This document shows, piece by piece, positions 14,611 to 22,604 of a stretch of 51,796 nucleotides of DNA. The number at the start of each line of letters is the position of its first letter. Positions within the stretch are counted from its first letter, which is position 1. The stretch is from a virus. The position numbers and the translations under genes were made by a program. Where the stretch lies: the IMG/VR virus record IMGVR_UViG_3300048918_000059. The stretch is one strand, 5' to 3'. The notes beneath the pieces were generated by a model, which saw only the letters and a program-made list of their open reading frames with translations, searched no databases and was not told where the DNA came from.

Positions 14611-16992
14611 GTGCCTACAGTGTATGACAACATTCCCGCCGAGCTTAAGGCGCGCGATCAATGGGTAGTTTGGAAGTCCGAACGCCTAGAAAATGGCAAG
14701 CTGACAAAGCGGCTTTATCAGTGCTCCGGCTATGGCGCTTCTGTCAATGATCCTAAGCATTGGGCTTCGTTCGCTTGCGCTGTTGAGTGCGCAGAGCGTT
14801 ACGATGGCATAGGCTATGTCTTTGCCGAGGATGATCCTTATTGTGGCATTGATCTAGATAACGCTAACAAGCATCCTAACCCGGATTTCCAGCTTCGTCG
14901 CCAATTGGAAGTATGGGAACGCTTTCAGTCCTATGCCGAACGCTCGCCTAGCGGTGAAGGCGCGCATATTATTATCAAAGCGAATATCGGCAAAGGTGTT
15001 CGTGATGGCGCACTAGAGATTTATAGTCAGCAAAGGTTCTTTACCTTTACCGGCAATGTTATTCGCGATCTACCTATTAACGACTATCAAGAGCTAGCGC
15101 TTGCACTTAAGCACGATCTTCGCCCAGATGATGAAGAAGGCACTGCTTACGACGATGCTAATCAAGCCGAGCGGTCGGATGATGAAGTATTAGCTTCATG
15201 TCGCGCAGCTTCAAATGCGGAATTATTTAACTCGCTTTATGCGGGCTCTGATGCCGAACACGGCGGCGATACATCGCGCGGCGATCTTGCGCTAATGAAT
15301 TTCATTGCGTTCCATAGCCGTAACCGCGATCAATCTTATCGCCTGTTCATGGCGTCAAAGCGCGGCGAGAGAGATAAATGCCACAAGCATAAATCGTATG
15401 TACCCGGCCTTATTGACAAAGCATTTATTGCTTTGCCTGATCCGGTGCAATTGGTGGATTTCGGGCCTATGTATGAAGCCGCTATGGCTTTAACGCAAAC
15501 CGCCCCCGAGGCGATGGAGGAAGCCCCGAGAGCGGCGAGCATCCCCCAAAAGGGCGCTAATGAGGCAACGAGCCCTGACGACGATATAGACGCAATTGGA
15601 AAGACGTTCAAGTACGTTCCGCCACCCGGTCTATTGGGTGAAGTGGCGCAATTTATTTATGCCCAAGCGCCCCAGCAAATTCCCGAAATTGCCATAGGCG
15701 GCGCTTTCGGCTTTATGGCTGGTATCTGTGGGCAAGCTTATAACGTGTCCGACAAAGGCCTTAATATCTATCTCATGGTCTTAGCTGGTACCGGTGTAGG
15801 CAAGGAAAGCATGGCGACCGGCATTGATCGGCTAATGTCTGCTGTCATTGCCAAGGTTCCTGCTGCCACTACATTCCAAGGGCCGGGAGAATTTGCTAGC
15901 CCTAGCGCAATGATTAAGCAAATTGCTGATACGCCTTGCAGCTTGTCTATCGGCGGCGAATTTGGTCTGCGCCTAAGGCAATTGTGCGATCCTAACGCCA
16001 AACATAACGAAATTGGCATTCGCCGTGCTTTCCTTGATTTGTATTCCAAGTCAGGTAAATATGGCATGGTTAAGCCATTGGTTTATTCTGATCGCGCAAC
16101 CAACACGCCGCCAATTCCGCAGCCCGCATTTAGTTTCCTCGGTGAAAGTACGCCGATGCGTTTTTACGATGCGATTGAAGCCGAGATGGTTGCGGAAGGG
16201 CTTATTCCACGTTTCTCTTTCATTGAGTACACCGGGCCTGTGCCGCCGTTCAATGAAAACCATGGCAAAGTTTTGTTACCTGATAGCTTAGTCAACAAAG
16301 CATCCTCACTAGCAGCATATGCCTTAACTATCGCGCATAACAAAGTGCCGATTGATGTTAATTATACGCCAGACGCCAAAGCGCTGCTAGATAGCTTTCG
16401 CGACTATGCGCGGCATCAAAATAACAATTCCGATTTTGAAATTACCAAGGAAATGTTTAGCCGCTCGCATATGAAGGTATTGAAGATTGCAGCCCTTATT
16501 GCTGTTGGGTGCGATTATATTAATCCAACTATCGATGTGCTAATTGCAGAATACGCAATAGGGTTTGTACTAACCGAAACCAATATTATGATTGAACGGT
16601 TTCAAAAGGGCGAAGTTGGTAAGCTTAAAAGCTCAACAATTGAAACTAAGCGAATTGAAGAAGTTGTTAAAGCTATTGCAGTTTTCGCCTTTTCACAATT
16701 TGGTGCCTACAAGGTTATCGGTGCAACTCCGGATGAACACGCACAAGGAATTGTTCGTAAGAACGCAATCCAAACTCGCGTATCGCCGTTGAAGCCATTC
16801 AATAACGCTTTGCCAAATACTGCTACCGCCGTTTTTCAGGCTTTACAAACCTTGGTTGAATGGGGTTGGTTAGATGAATTGGAGTTGCCCGGCGGCTCTA
16901 GAGGTCGAAAGCCTACGGGTTATAAGATTAGGGAAGAAGAACCTTTCATAGCTGCGTTTGCTAAAATGCAAGCTCATGGCAAGGGTAAATGA
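14611..16992 (+). CDS. bifunctional primase-polymerase (AEP/PrimPol) fused to a DUF3987/SF3-like helicase domain
   Basis: AEP motifs GIDLDN (DxD) and SPSGEGAHIIIK (sGxGxH). P-loop-like LAGTGVGKES in the C-terminal half. GTG start at 14611, 6 nt after GGGAGGG. Confidence 0.75.
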   Translation: MPTVYDNIPAELKARDQWVVWKSERLENGKLTKRLYQCSGYGASVNDPKHWASFACAVECAERYDGIGYVFAEDDPYCGIDLDNANKHPNPDFQLRRQLEVWERFQSYAERSPSGEGAHIIIKANIGKGVRDGALEIYSQQRFFTFTGNVIRDLPINDYQELALALKHDLRPDDEEGTAYDDANQAERSDDEVLASCRAASNAELFNSLYAGSDAEHGGDTSRGDLALMNFIAFHSRNRDQSYRLFMASKRGERDKCHKHKSYVPGLIDKAFIALPDPVQLVDFGPMYEAAMALTQTAPEAMEEAPRAASIPQKGANEATSPDDDIDAIGKTFKYVPPPGLLGEVAQFIYAQAPQQIPEIAIGGAFGFMAGICGQAYNVSDKGLNIYLMVLAGTGVGKESMATGIDRLMSAVIAKVPAATTFQGPGEFASPSAMIKQIADTPCSLSIGGEFGLRLRQLCDPNAKHNEIGIRRAFLDLYSKSGKYGMVKPLVYSDRATNTPPIPQPAFSFLGESTPMRFYDAIEAEMVAEGLIPRFSFIEYTGPVPPFNENHGKVLLPDSLVNKASSLAAYALTIAHNKVPIDVNYTPDAKALLDSFRDYARHQNNNSDFEITKEMFSRSHMKVLKIAALIAVGCDYINPTIDVLIAEYAIGFVLTETNIMIERFQKGEVGKLKSSTIETKRIEEVVKAIAVFAFSQFGAYKVIGATPDEHAQGIVRKNAIQTRVSPLKPFNNALPNTATAVFQALQTLVEWGWLDELELPGGSRGRKPTGYKIREEEPFIAAFAKMQAHGKGK

Positions 16993-17445
16993 TATTAGTT
17001 ATTTAAGATTTCCAATATGCAGGAAGCGTGCCAAGTATTATTATTTGTTCTGTTTAGGAAATTGTTTTAGACTTAAATAATAATAAGTGCCTGAAAAAGC
17101 GTGACATTTTTATTATTATTTACGATTTAATTATTTTAGGGGGATTTAGGTTAAAGGGGTCTATTTCGTGGTATTGGATTGATGATTGATAACCTAACTA
17201 TTCATCCCCTAACTTATACGTGCGTCAGGATATATACTTAAATAATAAATAATTAAATAATAATACATATTAGAAGAAGAAACGGCAGAAAACCGCCATT
17301 TTTAATGTTTAAGGTGTCGGTTAAACGAGAAAAATATAAAATTTCGCTCCTACCGCTACACGGCAAAGCCTCGCATGATAAATTGTAGGCATGTTGGAAA
17401 TTAACGGCGGCGCGAAAATAAAATGCGGTTTATGCGAATTAGGTG
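16993..17445. other. AT-rich non-coding region with TTAAATAATAA iterons (candidate replication origin / regulatory hub)
   Basis: No credible ORF. TTAAATAATAA occurs at 17073, 17238 and 17253, with an inverted TAAATAATAATAA copy at 17109-17121. Local G+C is far below that of the flanks. Confidence 0.4.
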
Positions 17446-17474
17446 TTGACACGGTTAGGTGGGTAGTGCATAAC
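17446..17474 (+). promoter_or_regulatory. putative sigma70-type promoter (TTGACA-CGGTTAGG family)
   Basis: TTGACA, 17-nt spacer CGGTTAGGTGGGTAGTG, then CATAAC. It is followed by a leader of about 125 nt containing a GAGACTG/CAGTCTC hairpin. Confidence 0.45.
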
Positions 17475-17605
17475 AACATTGTCGGACAGGGAGTAAGCGA
17501 CACAAGCGGAAACGCTCAGCGGTCCAATTCTGCCCAAAGGCCTTAACCGACCGGAGACTGGCTAGGTGGCGCAGTCTCACTCTACCAAAACTAGGAGTGC
17601 AGAAG

Positions 17606-17803
17606 ATGGAACTTTTCGGATACGACGAAAACGGCGAATTGGCTTTCCGCCAAGGGCCTTTCACTTTCGATATTGATGCAATCAAGGTCTTCTATGCAGA
17701 GAAAGATTTCATGGTTGAAGGCGGCATCTTTCATCTTTCGCTTGAAAAGACTTATCTTGCAGTCAATCATAAAGAGCGTGTTTATATGTCGGCTGTGCGT
17801 TAA
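17606..17803 (+). CDS. hypothetical protein (65 aa)
   Basis: ATG 8 nt after AGGAG. The track ORF starts 9 nt earlier. Confidence 0.65.
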   Translation: MELFGYDENGELAFRQGPFTFDIDAIKVFYAEKDFMVEGGIFHLSLEKTYLAVNHKERVYMSAVR

Positions 17804-17847
17804 GCCTTATCCTAACACAACGAACGATAGATGGAGGAATGAGTGAT

Positions 17848-18015
17848 ATGCGCCGGGTTATTCGTAAAGCAACGCCAGTTGAGCTAATCGCGGCTTGCAT
17901 GGATAATGAAGGCGTTCGCCCGGTTGAGGGTCAATCGCGTACTGCTTGGCTTAATGCTAATTATGTGGTAACGGTTGATACGCGTAAGGGTGTTTATATC
18001 GCCACCAAACGCTAA
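17848..18015 (+). CDS. hypothetical protein (55 aa, below track cutoff)
   Basis: Hand translation MRRVIRKATPVELIAACMDNEGVRPVEGQSRTAWLNANYVVTVDTRKGVYIATKR. An AGATGGAGGA box lies upstream. Confidence 0.55.
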   Translation: MRRVIRKATPVELIAACMDNEGVRPVEGQSRTAWLNANYVVTVDTRKGVYIATKR

Positions 18016-18035
18016 TCTAAATTGGAGTTGGGATT

Positions 18036-18305
18036 GTGAGTGATGATAGACCGTTTCCAGAGTTGCTAGACAATGCGGAAACCAAAGCGCTTCTTGAGCG
18101 TGCGGAGTATCTATGGTCCGATCTACAGGCTAATAACCTTGGCGGTTATTCCGGCATCAATCGCCCGTTTTATATTCTCAATGAGTTTAAGCGAGTGATT
18201 GAAGAGTTTGGCAATCGTGATGTTGGTTTGAATTGGTCTAAAGATCAGCTTGACGCGCATTCTGGTAATCCGCTTAACAGGAGCAAAGCTCATGACACCG
18301 ATTGA
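18036..18305 (+). CDS. hypothetical protein (89 aa)
   Basis: Track ORF with a GTG start after GGAG. Confidence 0.65.
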   Translation: MSDDRPFPELLDNAETKALLERAEYLWSDLQANNLGGYSGINRPFYILNEFKRVIEEFGNRDVGLNWSKDQLDAHSGNPLNRSKAHDTD

Positions 18306-18564
18306 ACGTGTTGCGGTTAGTTTAGCCGAGGCTGATAATTGCGTTGAATGGAAAGAGCGAAGCGAGCGCAGTAAGGAATATTGGCGCAAACTCGCCAAAG
18401 CTGCTATTGCTGCGATGTTATCGGAGGAATGCGAAACGATCATCGAAGCATCGTTGTTTGAAGCTGAAATGGATCAATTGGAAGGCAGGGCCGACCTTGA
18501 CCATTCCGAAGTTGCCGTTCGTGTCCGCAAAGCCATACTACAAGCTGCTTTGGATGAAGGGTGA
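18292..18564 (+). CDS. hypothetical protein (90 aa)
   Basis: ATG at 18292, after AGGAG. Internal start of the track ORF 18250..18564. Confidence 0.65.
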   Translation: MTPIERVAVSLAEADNCVEWKERSERSKEYWRKLAKAAIAAMLSEECETIIEASLFEAEMDQLEGRADLDHSEVAVRVRKAILQAALDEG

Positions 18565-18570
18565 GTTGTG

Positions 18571-18744
18571 ATGGGCGCGGAAGCATGGCATTTTGAGTGC
18601 AAAGGTAAGCAGCGTAAGGGTGATAAGCCGGGTAGCGCTACTTTGCACGTTTGGCGTTTAAGCGATCAAGGATTAGGCTATTGCGTTAAGTGCGGCATCG
18701 TGCTAACGCTGCTAGAGACTTACAACTGCTTTAGGAGCCATTAA
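18571..18744 (+). CDS. hypothetical small Cys-containing protein (57 aa, below track cutoff)
   Basis: Hand translation MGAEAWHFECKGKQRKGDKPGSATLHVWRLSDQGLGYCVKCGIVLTLLETYNCFRSH. Confidence 0.5.
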   Translation: MGAEAWHFECKGKQRKGDKPGSATLHVWRLSDQGLGYCVKCGIVLTLLETYNCFRSH

Positions 18745-18746
18745 TC

Positions 18747-18887
18747 ATGACCCGCATGGAAGCTGAACGTTATGTGGCGGTAGCAAATCGCAACAAAGAC
18801 GGCTTTAACTATTGGAGCAAGTTTGCACTTGATACATGGCTTGTAATGCGCTCTAAAGGTGGCGAACATAACTGCATAGCGAGTTAG
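18747..18887 (+). CDS. hypothetical protein (46 aa, below track cutoff)
   Basis: Hand translation MTRMEAERYVAVANRNKDGFNYWSKFALDTWLVMRSKGGEHNCIAS. AGGAG lies upstream. Confidence 0.5.
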   Translation: MTRMEAERYVAVANRNKDGFNYWSKFALDTWLVMRSKGGEHNCIAS

Positions 18888-18891
18888 AACA

Positions 18892-19092
18892 ATGACACTT
18901 AAGGAACGCATTGCTAGGGCGATTAGCGACGCAAGCCACCTTCCGCCTGACGATCAAGCACAAGCCGCCCTTGAAGCGATGTTGGATTTAGACGGCGCGG
19001 CACTAGAGGAGCTTTATGCTGCGAAGTATCATGTGCTAGATTACGGTGCTCGCTACCATGCTGCAATCAAAGCAGCTATTGCGGAAAGGTGA
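18892..19092 (+). CDS. hypothetical protein (66 aa)
   Basis: Track ORF. Confidence 0.65.
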   Translation: MTLKERIARAISDASHLPPDDQAQAALEAMLDLDGAALEELYAAKYHVLDYGARYHAAIKAAIAER

Positions 19093-19095
19093 ATT

Positions 19096-19281
19096 ATGAG
19101 AAGCTATGTTGACGCTATAGCGCAAAAGGAATATATGGCTAACAACACGCCTGAAAAACGAGTTATGCGAAACTCTTGTCCTAAGTGTAACGGTGACTTA
19201 GATACCGGATACGAATGTACTGTTTGCGGCTTTGACGCTATTGACATTGCTAACAAACTAAACAAGGCTAATTCAAAATGA
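19096..19281 (+). CDS. small zinc-ribbon protein (61 aa)
   Basis: CPKCNG...CTVCG. Confidence 0.65.
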   Translation: MRSYVDAIAQKEYMANNTPEKRVMRNSCPKCNGDLDTGYECTVCGFDAIDIANKLNKANSK

Positions 19282-19418
19282 CCAAAGGCGAAGCGATCAA
19301 GATTGTGGAAACGATGTTCCAGCTTGATAAATATAACGAGACTGGTAATATGCGACCTGAAACCGCAGTTGCCATTAAGCGACTGCTACGGGAGGTTAAG
19401 GGTAATGGAAAGGGATGA
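19278..19418 (+). CDS. hypothetical protein (46 aa, below track cutoff)
   Basis: ATGA overlap with the upstream stop. Hand translation MTKGEAIKIVETMFQLDKYNETGNMRPETAVAIKRLLREVKGNGKG. Confidence 0.5.
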   Translation: MTKGEAIKIVETMFQLDKYNETGNMRPETAVAIKRLLREVKGNGKG

Positions 19419-19548
19419 CGAAGAATACGCGGAAGGGCGCGGAGCTTATTTCACTGGCGTACCGTATAGCGAAGTAGGGCGACACCCTGATTGGTGCGAA
19501 GGCTATCGTGATGCGGAGGAAGAAGATGGCGGCGATTGGATGTATTAA
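19405..19548 (+). CDS. hypothetical acidic protein (47 aa)
   Basis: MERDDEEYAEGRG..., an internal start of the track ORF 19303..19548 that follows GGAGG. Confidence 0.5.
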   Translation: MERDDEEYAEGRGAYFTGVPYSEVGRHPDWCEGYRDAEEEDGGDWMY

Positions 19549-19577
19549 CAGCATCCTTCCACCTGTAGGTATGTGAT

Positions 19578-19682
19578 ATGATGGACGATGAAGGCGAATG
19601 GGACGGTGACGGCAAGCCTAGTTTGTTAGGCTGCTTAATGCTGTTAATTCTAATTGGTGTGGTATGGACCCCGCTAAGCTAG
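19578..19682 (+). CDS. possible small membrane peptide (34 aa)
   Basis: MMDDEGEWDGDGKPSLLGCLMLLILIGVVWTPLS. No clear SD. Confidence 0.3.
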   Translation: MMDDEGEWDGDGKPSLLGCLMLLILIGVVWTPLS

Positions 19683-20068
19683 CCAAACCCGGCAATGAGG
19701 ATAGTCATCAATGCGCGGTGATGTGTTGGGCGGCTAAGCATAAAGCTAAATGGCCTTGTCTCGAATGGCTGCATCATATCCCCAACGGCGGCACTCGAAA
19801 CAAGATTGAGGCTGGACGATTGAAAGCTATGGGAGTGAGGCGCGGTATCTGCGACTTGTTCCTACCCTTCCCTAGCAAAGGCTATCATGGCCTTGTGCTG
19901 GAAATGAAGCATGAAGCAACCGGGCTTAGCGAAGTCGCTAAAGCGGGAATGGTTAGCACAGAGCAAAAGAAATATCTTGACTACTGTGCCGCCAACGGCT
20001 ATGCGTGCGGTGTCTGCTATGGCTATCTTGAGGCGATTGCAGCTATGGAATGGTACTTAAGCGACTAG
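19664..20068 (+). CDS. VRR-NUC domain nuclease
   Basis: 134 aa. HIPNGG...GICDLFL...LVLEMKHE...STEQKKYL matches the VRR-NUC D...ExK...Q pattern. Confidence 0.7.
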   Translation: MDPAKLAKPGNEDSHQCAVMCWAAKHKAKWPCLEWLHHIPNGGTRNKIEAGRLKAMGVRRGICDLFLPFPSKGYHGLVLEMKHEATGLSEVAKAGMVSTEQKKYLDYCAANGYACGVCYGYLEAIAAMEWYLSD

Positions 20069-20079
20069 ATGGAGGTATT

Positions 20080-20358
20080 ATGACTAATGAAGAATTGGAA
20101 AAGGCGTTGGAAGCTGAAAAGGCTTCGCACAAGGAAACGCGACAGCGTTTGCGCGCTGCAAAGGACGTTCAGCTAGTTGCTGAAATTCGAGCCGGTGCTA
20201 TGCGGTTGGAAGCTGTGCGCCATCGTAACTTTGACGGTAGCGAGGGAAATATTACCTTTGCTATGATTTACGATAACGATTTGATGGCACACATGGGCGA
20301 ACAGGCTGCGAAGCTTTTCGCTTCGTTTGTCACTGATAACTTGGAAGGTCGCAAGTAA
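20080..20358 (+). CDS. hypothetical coiled-coil protein (92 aa)
   Basis: ATG at 20080, 4 nt after the AGATGGAGG box. The track ORF begins at 20050. Confidence 0.65.
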   Translation: MTNEELEKALEAEKASHKETRQRLRAAKDVQLVAEIRAGAMRLEAVRHRNFDGSEGNITFAMIYDNDLMAHMGEQAAKLFASFVTDNLEGRK

Positions 20359-20708
20359 TGACCGAATACGCAGAACAGTGCCTACAGCGCATGGAAGCAT
20401 TGGTACGCAGGATGGCTACGGGCAACGTGGCGCACACCGTCTCAACCGAAGAAGCCCGCGCTATCGTTGCGGAGATTGATGGTGGGAAAACGGTTGATCG
20501 ATCATGTAAAGAACTTGCCGATAAGTGGATTGACGATTTTGTTACGCCGCTCCCTTCTGCTAGGCGGACTTCGCTTGAAGCTGCTATAGGGGAAGCCATC
20601 GCCAAAGGTCGCGAGTTGGAACGATTGGATAGAGGCTGGAAGAATGGCGAGTTGGTGGATGCCATTAGCATTGAAGCTAAGACGGCAGCGTTTAGAGATA
20701 TTCGCTAA
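20358..20708 (+). CDS. hypothetical protein (116 aa)
   Basis: Track ORF with a TAATG overlap. Confidence 0.7.
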   Translation: MTEYAEQCLQRMEALVRRMATGNVAHTVSTEEARAIVAEIDGGKTVDRSCKELADKWIDDFVTPLPSARRTSLEAAIGEAIAKGRELERLDRGWKNGELVDAISIEAKTAAFRDIR

Positions 20709-20848
20709 TGTCAGAGCCACACAACCCCAAGCGCTTTACGCATGATCGTAGGCACGTTTCTACGTACTACGCTAAGGAGCGGCGTGACTTGCTAGCAATG
20801 GCATTAGCAAGCTGGCGGCTTCGTGATAGTGGAGGGATGCAGGAATGA
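20708..20848 (+). CDS. hypothetical basic protein (46 aa, below track cutoff)
   Basis: TAATG and ATGA overlaps with the neighbours. Hand translation MSEPHNPKRFTHDRRHVSTYYAKERRDLLAMALASWRLRDSGGMQE. Confidence 0.45.
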   Translation: MSEPHNPKRFTHDRRHVSTYYAKERRDLLAMALASWRLRDSGGMQE

Positions 20849-21042
20849 GTGAGCAACGCACACCGCTAGAGCTAGCTATGCTTGCTGCATGGCTTGGCGT
20901 TAGGCCCGATCAGCTTCCAAAGGAAATGCGAGCGCATACATGTAGGGATACTATGGAGCGTTGGCGTAAGGTTGGTGAGGCTGCATTGCAATTGTATAAG
21001 GAAAATGGCGATGCAATCACCACGCCTAACCATAACGCTTGA
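20845..21042 (+). CDS. hypothetical protein (65 aa)
   Basis: Track ORF. GGAGGG lies upstream. Confidence 0.6.
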   Translation: MSEQRTPLELAMLAAWLGVRPDQLPKEMRAHTCRDTMERWRKVGEAALQLYKENGDAITTPNHNA

Positions 21043-21160
21043 CAAAGCCACAGAAAGGCTTATCGAACGTTACAGCAAGGAATGGCAATGCACTAAAGCT
21101 ACTGCTATTCGGACTTTGTTGCATGATGGGGCTAGGTATAATGACAGAGCAAGAGATTAG
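21005..21160 (+). CDS. possible ribbon-helix-helix (CopG/Arc-like) DNA-binding protein (51 aa)
   Basis: MAMQSPRLTITLDKATERLIERYSKEWQCTKATAIRTLLHDG has a beta-strand plus two-helix RHH-like pattern. It is an internal start of the track ORF 20882..21160. Confidence 0.4.
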   Translation: MAMQSPRLTITLDKATERLIERYSKEWQCTKATAIRTLLHDGARYNDRARD

Positions 21161-21299
21161 GGACGACGAACGCCAGAAGATTGTTAATAACATTGCTGAG
21201 GTTGTCGCAGAACGCGATAAAGTACATAAGGGACGAAATGCCGAAAACACTGAAGTGATTAAAGGTGTTGCTCGTATGATTGCTCAGAGGAGAGTGTGA
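21141..21299 (+). CDS. hypothetical protein (52 aa)
   Basis: MTEQEIRDDERQK..., an internal start of the track ORF 21039..21299. Confidence 0.45.
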   Translation: MTEQEIRDDERQKIVNNIAEVVAERDKVHKGRNAENTEVIKGVARMIAQRRV

Positions 21300-21535
21300 T
21301 GCGCAGCAATATAGATGAATGCGAAGATTGGTATATCGAGATGGAGATTGATAAGATGAACCGAGATTATTTTAGCACGCCTATTCAGCATAGCCGCTCA
21401 ACGCACGACTACGGGCGTTCCGGTCATATTGAACCGATGGACTACCCTAAGCCTAGCGTGCTTTGGGATTTGCTTGGCTACTTCGCAGGCGGCGTTGTTG
21501 TTGGGCTTATGCTTTTCGCTTGGATTGCGCGATGA
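21296..21535 (+). CDS. hypothetical protein with C-terminal transmembrane helix (79 aa)
   Basis: Track ORF. Hydrophobic C-terminus LLGYFAGGVVVGLMLFAWIA. Confidence 0.65.
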   Translation: MMRSNIDECEDWYIEMEIDKMNRDYFSTPIQHSRSTHDYGRSGHIEPMDYPKPSVLWDLLGYFAGGVVVGLMLFAWIAR

Positions 21536-21675
21536 CTACAGCTGAGATTATCGTTATCGCATTGCTTGGCGGTGCTGCTTTGTATTGTATTTTTATGAGC
21601 GGCTTTCATTTTGGTAAGGTCGCCGGTCGCCGGGAAATGTACGACGAAATGGATACGTCGCCCTGTGACTATTGA
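21532..21675 (+). CDS. small membrane protein (47 aa)
   Basis: ATGA overlap. MTTAEIIVIALLGGAALYCIFMSGFHF... Confidence 0.5.
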   Translation: MTTAEIIVIALLGGAALYCIFMSGFHFGKVAGRREMYDEMDTSPCDY

Positions 21676-21722
21676 CACGCCCCGCCCGATATGCCAGCCC
21701 TTGCACGAAACAGGAGCTAGCT

Positions 21723-22112
21723 ATGCGTCTCACCTATGTAGGCATTACCCTCGCAGCGCTAGCGCTCCCATTTGCCGCACAGGCGCAGTCTCAGGATGCT
21801 GTGAGGCCATTAGCCAATGCGACGGCGGCAGGCTCGGTAATCGCCTCTACGCGCCCTGTGGTGCTTTCCCGGCTCGCTGTGACGGCAGGCGCGAGCGCGG
21901 GCTATTTGATGGTTTTTGACGCTACTACGGTTCCAGCGGATGGCACGGTTACGCCTGTCATCTGTCGGGCGGTTACGGCTAATGGCTCGGTTGCTGTGAG
22001 TTTGGATGCACCGGCTAGGTTTGCTACCGGCTTAGTTCTGGTGTTTAGCACGACCGGATGCTTTTCGAAGACGATTAGTGCGACTGCATTTTTTGAGTAT
22101 GCTGTGCGGTAA
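21723..22112 (+). CDS. secreted protein of unknown function (signal peptide), GC-rich moron
   Basis: 129 aa. MRLTYVGITLAALALPFAAQA-QS is a Sec-type signal. AGGAG lies 7 nt upstream, the gene is GC-rich, and it is followed by an intrinsic terminator. Confidence 0.7.
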   Translation: MRLTYVGITLAALALPFAAQAQSQDAVRPLANATAAGSVIASTRPVVLSRLAVTAGASAGYLMVFDATTVPADGTVTPVICRAVTANGSVAVSLDAPARFATGLVLVFSTTGCFSKTISATAFFEYAVR

Positions 22113-22138
22113 CAACTGCCTACAGCTAGTGCTATCAA

Positions 22139-22168
22139 GCGGGCTCCTAACGGGGTCCGCTTTTTTGT
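22139..22168 (+). terminator. rho-independent terminator
   Basis: GCGGGCTCC-TAAC-GGGGTCCGC followed by TTTTTTGTTG. Confidence 0.8.
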
Positions 22169-22180
22169 TGTTAGGCGGGG

Positions 22181-22208
22181 TTGACAAGGCTTATTGGTTA
22201 TGCTATAA
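22181..22208 (+). promoter_or_regulatory. putative sigma70-type promoter
   Basis: TTGACA, 16-nt spacer, then CTATAA, directly after the terminator and 27 nt upstream of the next start. Confidence 0.55.
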
Positions 22209-22234
22209 GCATTGTGTTAGATGGAGGAAATGTT

Positions 22235-22420
22235 ATGGCTACGCCCGTATGGTGCGAAATTGTGTGCGCTAATTGTTCTAAGACAGCGCCAGGAAAATAT
22301 TGGCATGGCGTTGTGCGTATTCGCGAAATTAAAGCGGATGCAAAGCGTTATGGTTTTATTTTCACGCAGGATGATTGCTTTTGCAGCGATTATTGCTTAA
22401 AGGCTTGGAACAATGATTAA
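22235..22420 (+). CDS. small Cys-rich protein (61 aa)
   Basis: ATG 6 nt after the AGATGGAGGA box. CEIVCANC...CFCSDYC. Confidence 0.65.
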   Translation: MATPVWCEIVCANCSKTAPGKYWHGVVRIREIKADAKRYGFIFTQDDCFCSDYCLKAWNND

Positions 22421-22604
22421 CAACACAATCACAATCCCCGGCTATCCCCACAAGGTGACTGCTTTTGGTGGCGTGGCAGAAGCACGCGAAGCACGCAACA
22501 TTGCAATGGCAGAAGACAACCTAGACGGCGCCATGGTTAGTTGGTATAAGCCCGCTAAGGTTTACGTTGTTTGGTGCGTTGGTAAGACGGAGTATTATTT
22601 GTGA
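22413..22604 (+). CDS. hypothetical protein (63 aa)
   Basis: Track ORF. Confidence 0.6.
   Translation: MINNTITIPGYPHKVTAFGGVAEAREARNIAMAEDNLDGAMVSWYKPAKVYVVWCVGKTEYYL

Noticed and set aside
17060-17270. Possible CRISPR-like or tandem repeat array in the AT-rich gap
   Set aside because: The repeats are only 11-13 nt, irregularly spaced and of low complexity (TTAAATAATAA). There is no repeat-spacer periodicity. They are better interpreted as iterons or AT-rich DNA.
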